Below, piece after piece: positions 44,971 through 50,823 of a stretch of 50,823 nucleotides of DNA. The translations under genes and the position numbers were made by a program. Source of the DNA: an uncultured Deferribacteres bacterium (GTDB lineage Bacteria > Zhuqueibacterota > Zhuqueibacteria > Zhuqueibacterales > Geothermadaptataceae). The stretch spans positions 1 to 50,823 of the forward strand of contig CAXHAT010000031.1 of NCBI GenBank assembly GCA_964014485.1, written 5' to 3'. Every line of letters begins with the position of its first letter. The stretch's first letter is position 1. The notes beneath the pieces were generated by a model. The model did not search any database and was not told where the DNA came from. It was given only the letters and a program-made list of their open reading frames with translations.

Positions 44971-45094
44971 AACTGTTGTTACGCGCAGCAAAGCATTTCT
45001 GAAGCCAAACCGAAAACAGCGCCTCATTGCGGCTCGTTCCCAAACTCCGGTTTGGGAACGAGAATTTGGGCGTACCGAAATTAGGTTGACGGTA
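44971..45094. repeat. REP-cored element, family C (left end resembles family A)
   Basis: Palindrome ctcgttcccaaac-tccg-gtttgggaacgag (45033-45062); right end shared with 5337-5355; left end aactgttgttacgcgc matches the reverse complement of 2674-2689 at 14/16. Confidence 0.7.
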
Positions 45095-45147
45095 TTTCCC
45101 ACACAAATTTATATAGAGCTAAATCATCCCACCCGGCCCGTTTGCGA

Positions 45148-46464
45148 CTACTTTTTTGCTTTCTTCGATTTGCTTTCCGACTTCTCGTCATTAGCCGAGC
45201 TTTTTCCGGACGATTCGTCAATAATCAAGGGTTTGAACTGTTCTTCGAAATCTTCGTGCGAGATGCTGGCCGTGGCTGCAAATTTCGCCAACGCATGAGC
45301 ATCTTTAAAATCATCTTCGTTGAGTCGAATCATGTAACGGCGCGCTATTCGGTACATTTCAGAATTGATGTCCACCATGCGGACGCGCGTCTTGCCGGTC
45401 TTGGGATCGAGAATGTCCTTGAAATACAGCGGTACGAACTTTCCTTCCTGCATGGAAACCATTGCCGCGTTCCCGCCCTGATGGATGAATTTCGCCGCAC
45501 AATACCCGAGGTCTCGCGTGTACTCCATATCAAAAGGAATCGGATCGGCGCAACGCAATTCGTAACCAATATTCTTTTCAACAATCGTCGTTTTTAAATT
45601 AAGTTCGATTAGGCGGTCACGAACCTGTCGTTTGAGAATTTCTCCCAAGTTGATTTCCGCGATCCGAATGTGTCCGTGTTCATCTCGTTCAACATCTTGC
45701 AACGCCGAAATGTCTTCTTGCGGCATGAGTTCAACCAGCCCTTCCGCAAGAACAACGATGCCGTCCTGCCGCCCGTCGCAACGGCGTTTAATAACGGCGC
45801 CGACGATAATATCCACCAGTTTCTTGAGCGTCAATTTGTTGTCGCCTTTAAATTCTTCCGGGATAATCGTCAAAGTCGCTCCGGCGGCTTTCCCAATTCC
45901 AAGCGCCAAATGTCCGGCTTTCCGCCCCATTGTCACAACCAGGTACCAGCGTGACGTCGTCTTGGCGTCAACCATCAAGTTTTGCAAAATATCAACGCCA
46001 ATGTGCCTTGCCGTCTGAAAACCAAAAGTCGGGATGCCGTGCGGCAGATCCAAATCATTGTCAATGGTTTTTGGAACGTGAATTACGCGGATGCGCCCTT
46101 TTGCAGCCTGTTCAACTCGGTAGGCGGAATAGGCGGTGTCGTCTCCGCCGATGGTAATCAACCTGTCAATATTTAATTGTAAGAGTGAAGTTACGACCGT
46201 TTCTAAATCTTTTGGGCTCTTGGTGGGGTTTTCCCGCGACGTGCCTATGTGCGAGCCGCCTCGAAAGTGAATCCGGCTGACGTCTTCGATGTCAAGCTTT
46301 CTTATCTGAGAGATATTGCCTTCTTTCAGCCACTTAAATCCATCGTAAATTCCAACGACTTCAACGCCTTGCAATACACTGCGAATCGTAGCGGCGGCGA
46401 TAACGCTGTTTATGCCGGGCGCCGGCCCGCCGCCGACAAGAATTCCCAATCGTTTTGACTGCAT
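45148..46464 (-). CDS. pfp: PPi-dependent phosphofructokinase
   Basis: GGGPAPGIN, GGDD (PPi-type), PKTIDND, MGRKAG and GYELR; start moved to MQSKRLG. Confidence 0.93.
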   Translation of the reverse strand: MQSKRLGILVGGGPAPGINSVIAAATIRSVLQGVEVVGIYDGFKWLKEGNISQIRKLDIEDVSRIHFRGGSHIGTSRENPTKSPKDLETVVTSLLQLNIDRLITIGGDDTAYSAYRVEQAAKGRIRVIHVPKTIDNDLDLPHGIPTFGFQTARHIGVDILQNLMVDAKTTSRWYLVVTMGRKAGHLALGIGKAAGATLTIIPEEFKGDNKLTLKKLVDIIVGAVIKRRCDGRQDGIVVLAEGLVELMPQEDISALQDVERDEHGHIRIAEINLGEILKRQVRDRLIELNLKTTIVEKNIGYELRCADPIPFDMEYTRDLGYCAAKFIHQGGNAAMVSMQEGKFVPLYFKDILDPKTGKTRVRMVDINSEMYRIARRYMIRLNEDDFKDAHALAKFAATASISHEDFEEQFKPLIIDESSGKSSANDEKSESKSKKAKK

Positions 46465-46594
46465 TTTGCGATTTCCTTTGCTGCTTGGTGAGAAGAATGA
46501 GAGCAAGATGTGCTCGAGATCGTAAAGAAGTGCGAGAAGCTGACGCACTTCTCGCTTTCAAAGGCGGGGAATATAACGCAAAAAACGCAGAAAA

Positions 46595-47644
46595 CTAAAT
46601 GCCAAATAACCAACTTGCGGTGAAAGAAATGAAAGAACCGGTTTCAGCGCTTAGAAAATAAAAATTACCTGTGGCCAAAAGCATGAGGCTGGAGTTTTCG
46701 CCGGCAAGCTTCGTATAGCCGATCCCGGCAACGGCGCCCGGTGCGTTGCGGATAGCTGTCGAGGTGCGTCCGGATTGTTTCGTTCGATCGAGCAGGCGGT
46801 AATAGCCTGCGCCAAGATCAAGCACAAAACCGTTGACGATGCCCGGCTGCACTGAAGCCGTAAACACACTCATCCAAGTCGACCTTGATGCTCCGGCGGC
46901 AGTGAGTCCCGGTTGTACCGCAGACCCCGCCCCTAATCTTGCAAGCTGAAAATTTAAGCGTGCGTTGGTGAATCTATTAACGTAAGCAATGCCGTGCAAC
47001 CCGATTTGCGGCCCGGCTGAAAACAAGTTTGATGAGCTTGAAACTGGCAAAACAAGCGAGGCGAACGGCCCGACAAAATTTCTCTTTTGCAATGCCACGG
47101 TCGTGCTTGCGCCAAATGTCGTCGGCGCATCGAGTTGCGTGGAGTTTCCAAACTGGATTTCGGAGCTTCTCGCGGGTTGCTCGTTTTCCAGTTGATTGAC
47201 AACGTATTGAAAAGAACTCGAAGAAGCGTTGCCTGCGTCGGAGGCTGCCGGTTGGGGCTCGTTGTTCGTGCTTGCGCCGAACATTTCGTCAAGAAAGCCC
47301 AAATCGTCGGAGCTGACGGCGGCGGCCGGCGAATCTGCAACAATCAGGTCTCCCTGCTGCAGCTTTGTATCGGCCAGCGCTTCCTGAATTCTGAAGCCAA
47401 CCAGGTTTGCCTGCAAGATTGCGACTCGGACGCGCGCGACGTCGACTTGGCGACCGTTGATCATTCGCTTGGCCATAAAAACGTCGCCGACGCTAAATTG
47501 CGCATTTGCGGGACGCTGAATCACGGCTGAGTTGCCGCTCGCTGTAATGACGCGATAGTTGGATTGAGAAAAAAGAGGGAGAGAGAAGAAAAGCGTAAGG
47601 AAAAAACCGATGCAAGTGCGTGAGGCTGTATTCATGAAGTTCAT
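46595..47644 (-). CDS. Outer-membrane beta-barrel protein with N-terminal FlgT_C-like domain
   Basis: Signal peptide, GD.F....GD.I beta domain, S/A-rich linker, amphipathic strands ending FTASWLFGI. Confidence 0.6.
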   Translation of the reverse strand: MNFMNTASRTCIGFFLTLFFSLPLFSQSNYRVITASGNSAVIQRPANAQFSVGDVFMAKRMINGRQVDVARVRVAILQANLVGFRIQEALADTKLQQGDLIVADSPAAAVSSDDLGFLDEMFGASTNNEPQPAASDAGNASSSSFQYVVNQLENEQPARSSEIQFGNSTQLDAPTTFGASTTVALQKRNFVGPFASLVLPVSSSSNLFSAGPQIGLHGIAYVNRFTNARLNFQLARLGAGSAVQPGLTAAGASRSTWMSVFTASVQPGIVNGFVLDLGAGYYRLLDRTKQSGRTSTAIRNAPGAVAGIGYTKLAGENSSLMLLATGNFYFLSAETGSFISFTASWLFGI

Positions 47645-47673
47645 TTCCTCCTTGGAAACGTTGAAAACGCGCT

Positions 47674-48018
47674 TCAGGTCACCCAAAAAAGCGTGACGCC
47701 CTGATTGCGCCGCTCCAGATCATCATCCTTGATCTGGCCGCATTCCGTCCGCATTAATTGCGTGGACGAGTCAAAAATACTGTAATTCTCACCATGGATC
47801 ACCGCTTTGAATTTCTTACGATTTTTCCAGGCCCAGTTGCGGACGGTTTCCTTGGTCTGCCCGCCGCGTCCGCCGCTGCCGTACCCATGGATGACCTTGA
47901 TTACATGCAAATGCGAAGAATTGCGAACTCGAAGCGTCGCTTGTAACAAACTTTCCTCGACTTCGTCCGGGTGCATTGGCGGATGCGCAACGTCCATTTC
48001 AAGAATATAGCTTTCCAT
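47674..48018 (-). CDS. Stand-alone Smr/MutS2-domain protein
   Basis: MDVAHPP, KVIHGYGSGG and N.GVT motifs. Confidence 0.78.
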   Translation of the reverse strand: MESYILEMDVAHPPMHPDEVEESLLQATLRVRNSSHLHVIKVIHGYGSGGRGGQTKETVRNWAWKNRKKFKAVIHGENYSIFDSSTQLMRTECGQIKDDDLERRNQGVTLFWVT

Positions 48019-48051
48019 GTTCCCAAACTGCTTACAATGAGTCGCAATAAA

Positions 48052-49014
48052 CTACTCGGCTGCGACAATGGCGATCAAATCTCCATTTGGACTCACAGCC
48101 AAGCGTGAAATATTCTTTAAACCTCCTCGCTCAAAATCCGCAATCTCCGTAAATCCGTCGCTTTCGTTAGGGTCGCAATAGTAGAGCTTGGAGCCTTGCC
48201 CCATAATAATCTTTCCGTTCGGCGTCCACGCATAGTCCTCACTTTTTGGCAAAGTTTTGACCAACGGTTCAATCTTTAGAGATTTCGCTTCAACGCTTTT
48301 GATCCACCATTCATCATCGCTCACTTTATGCACAAAACTAAACGCCTCCCGTCCGGGAATTTTGTGCAGCGAACGACCGCCGTTGGAAACGATAGTCTTG
48401 GCTTTGGCCGAACCTTTTTTTACTTGCGCAATTTGCAGCGTCGGCGGCTGGCCGAGTACAAATAAAATGAGTCGTTTCGCGTCCGCCCAGGCGTGATAGC
48501 CAACTGGATTGATATTTTTAATAAGCAATGAAGGCTCTTCCCCTGAAAACGGGAATTGCCAAAGCCGCTGAACAAGAGAAGTGTCTAACTCAACGCGAAT
48601 TACCGAAAAATGCTGACCGTCCGGCGTAGGCGTCGGAGAGTACTCGCTTTCCAGCGTCCGCGTGAGCGGCTCCGATTTATTGGTAAACAAATCAAAAGCG
48701 TAAATATCCGTTTGTCCATCGCCCAAAGCGCAGGTGTAGAGAATCGCTTTTCCGTCTTGCCGGAAAGACGGTTGATTATCGTACCCCGGACGGCTGGTGA
48801 TATTGCGAGGTCGCCCCGTCATAACCCCGCCAGCGTCGGTTTCTTCAAGACTAACCAAGTAAATATCAGTCCCCGGAGGGGCTTGCGCGAAAACAATGCT
48901 TGAAAGAGAAACGACAAATACCACTGACATCAATTCAACAGAAAAACGCTTCAGCACGGGAAGTCTCCACTTTTTGAAAAATCGATTCATACAATTGCAA
49001 AGCTCTGTGAACAT
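48052..49014 (-). CDS. TolB-like PD40 beta-propeller periplasmic protein
   Basis: GYDNQPSF..DG, SEYSPT.TPDG, YAWTPNG and RLAVSPNG repeats; the true start is probably slightly downstream. Confidence 0.8.
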   Translation of the reverse strand: MFTELCNCMNRFFKKWRLPVLKRFSVELMSVVFVVSLSSIVFAQAPPGTDIYLVSLEETDAGGVMTGRPRNITSRPGYDNQPSFRQDGKAILYTCALGDGQTDIYAFDLFTNKSEPLTRTLESEYSPTPTPDGQHFSVIRVELDTSLVQRLWQFPFSGEEPSLLIKNINPVGYHAWADAKRLILFVLGQPPTLQIAQVKKGSAKAKTIVSNGGRSLHKIPGREAFSFVHKVSDDEWWIKSVEAKSLKIEPLVKTLPKSEDYAWTPNGKIIMGQGSKLYYCDPNESDGFTEIADFERGGLKNISRLAVSPNGDLIAIVAAE

Positions 49015-49130
49015 TCAATAACAACATCTCCGCAAAAAAGCTTAAACAAAATGACAAACAGTGCGGCCGCCGGGCAAAACAGTTTCACCCGCCCGGCGGC
49101 GCAACACTGAGACGCCAATAAATCGTCGCA

Positions 49131-49320
49131 CTCCAGAGTCAAACACTTCAGCGTTTGAGCGCAGCTTGCCGGCACTGGGGGCTCCCCCAAAGCATGGTTT
49201 CCGAAAGAGACACATACCACATGTAGGGGTTCAAAATCTTGAACCCCTACGACATGTTGTGTGACGCCATAAAAATATTATGTGGACAGTCCCACTCCGA
49301 AAAGAGTTACTCAGAAGAAG
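49131..49320. repeat. Nested repeat: family E element interrupted by a family D GTAG-REP unit (49190-49283)
   Basis: The E arms flank a 114-bp segment containing the 28-bp hairpin identical to 21799-21826. Confidence 0.8.
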
Positions 49321-49423
49321 CCTAAAACACCGGGATACTCCGAGACGGCGCAGTTCGAACACAGCGCCGTCCGGAAGATAAAAATGCAGTTCGGCGCCAT
49401 TCCAAAACAGTGAGAGCGCCGGT

Positions 49424-50599
49424 TTAGTTCTGAGCCTTTGACAACCGCATCGCAGCAACCACGCCTGCGTGATCCGAAGGCCACATGCCTGAAACGGTGC
49501 GGTCGCCCAATTCATCACCAACGACGACGGCGCAGGCTGAACGCAAGGACAGACCGGAAATCGCGGGATCGTTTTTGAGCAAAATGTAATCGATGCGCTT
49601 GGTCAAGTTCGGGACGGGATTGCGCAAATCAAGATCATGGCTGCTTGTATTGCCGTCCCCGCCGCCGGGATTGGATTTCTCAGTCCACATATCAAGATAG
49701 CCGTTATCCAGGAAGAATTGATACGTAGGGCCGTCCGGTGCGGAAGAGTTCAGATCGCCGACGACAATGACCGGCTTGGTTTCAGCCGCCATAATCGCAG
49801 CGAGTTCTTGCGCCTGCCCCATTTGAACCGGCAGCAAATCCGGAATTGGAGCTGGTTCTAGGTGGGTGTTAACGAAACGAACAATCCGGCCGTTTACTTT
49901 CGCGTCAACGGCGACAAATCCACGAATTATTTCAGCGCCAAGAGACGGAACGGTGAATTTTGCGATGTAGTTTTTGGTGAAAACATTTGCGATTTTAACG
50001 TCTTTTCTCACCAGAACCACATCATAATCCGTCAACCGAATATCATCAAACTGCAAGGGATCTGCGCTGACAATCATGGGGACTTCGACATCCGTATTTT
50101 CAATGACCCCGGCGACCTTGTACTTCAAATGATGAGCTTGAAGCGCGTCCATCAAGATGTCAAGATAATCAAATAGAACGTCTTCGGCAGGGATCGTTCC
50201 TCCAACAACGGCGTCCCCGGGAGATTGAATTCGGATCGTTGAAATCTCCTGAAGCCCGATCAGATGGGGCCGTGCGCGGCGAATTTCTTTCGCGAAAGCA
50301 TCAGCGCGTTCATAGAAATCCGTAGCCAAAAGACCCTGAAACGCTTCTGCAGCGCGTACCGGCACATCAGCAGGGGTCGGCGCAGCAATCACATAATCTA
50401 CATCCGTCCCGACGTAGACGTTATGCGTCAAAACAACAATCGCTCCGCCTTGAGGGCCGTTCTTGTTCATGGCGGCGAATTCATTCAATAATGCAGCGTC
50501 GTCGGATAATGTTTCAGGGGGATGAAGCGGGGAAAAATTTTGGCAGGCCGGTAAGAAAGTCATCGCGGATAACGAGAGAACAAATAACAGCTTCCTCAT
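49424..50599 (-). CDS. Endonuclease/exonuclease/phosphatase-family lipoprotein
   Basis: Lipobox LPAC; THNV, GLQE, NTHLE, GDLNS, RIDYI and SDH motifs. Confidence 0.9.
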   Translation of the reverse strand: MRKLLFVLSLSAMTFLPACQNFSPLHPPETLSDDAALLNEFAAMNKNGPQGGAIVVLTHNVYVGTDVDYVIAAPTPADVPVRAAEAFQGLLATDFYERADAFAKEIRRARPHLIGLQEISTIRIQSPGDAVVGGTIPAEDVLFDYLDILMDALQAHHLKYKVAGVIENTDVEVPMIVSADPLQFDDIRLTDYDVVLVRKDVKIANVFTKNYIAKFTVPSLGAEIIRGFVAVDAKVNGRIVRFVNTHLEPAPIPDLLPVQMGQAQELAAIMAAETKPVIVVGDLNSSAPDGPTYQFFLDNGYLDMWTEKSNPGGGDGNTSSHDLDLRNPVPNLTKRIDYILLKNDPAISGLSLRSACAVVVGDELGDRTVSGMWPSDHAGVVAAMRLSKAQN

Positions 50600-50790
50600 G
50601 ATAAATCCTCCAATGCCAAGAATTAGGATTACGCCTTCGAAGGTTCATGAATCGCCTGATTTCGTGAGCTGAACGGCGCGTTTGTTCGTGCTCACACAGG
50701 CGCAAGGCTGGGGGCATTGGAAGTTCAAACCTTATGCCGTGAACCCCCTAAGATGTGGTTTCATCCCTCGTGACTATTCAGCCCTTACTC
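50600..50790 (-). promoter_or_regulatory. Highly structured 5' leader able to sequester the RBS
   Basis: cuuccaaugcc (50713-50723) pairs with ggcauuggagg (50607-50617), enclosing nested stems. Confidence 0.5.
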
Positions 50791-50823
50791 ACATTTAAAG
50801 GCCTTTCGTAAAAAAGTCCGAGG

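Noticed and set aside
21799..49250. Identical 28-bp palindromes as CRISPR repeats
   Set aside because: Two isolated copies 27 kb apart, with no spacers and no cas genes; GTAG-REP architecture fits better.

Overview
A 50.8-kb gene-dense bacterial window with no rRNA, tRNA, CRISPR array, integrase or transposase visible. T9SS/FlgD-type C-terminal domains, TonB and Tat cargo and strong SD sites suggest a Gram-negative FCB-group organism such as KSB1/Calditrichota (inference). The left half holds a secreted peptide/amide hydrolase cluster (CotH-LTD-CTD protein, MlrC/M81, serine hydrolase, DPP-IV, three amidohydrolases, Hyp epimerase plus D-amino-acid dehydrogenase). Three type II TA pairs are interspersed: hicBA with a frameshifted hicA, phd-vapC and brnTA. 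The middle carries a three-gene family of single-pass TPR membrane proteins, two of which share a cytoplasmic domain. The right half contains nfo, terC, an SLC13 permease, fbpABC, a stand-alone rpsD, a FecA-like TonB receptor, a DSD1-family enzyme, PPi-PFK, an Smr protein and an EEP lipoprotein. Intergenic DNA is rich in REP-cored MITE-like elements of at least five families, some nested or with mixed ends. Candidate regulatory features are an anti-SD sRNA (~19.05-19.22 kb), a terC attenuator cut off by a MITE, an RBS-sequestering leader (50.6-50.79 kb), and a sensorless CadC/ToxR-like regulator with 10-bp phased repeats. All calls come from reading the sequence by eye; no searches were run.
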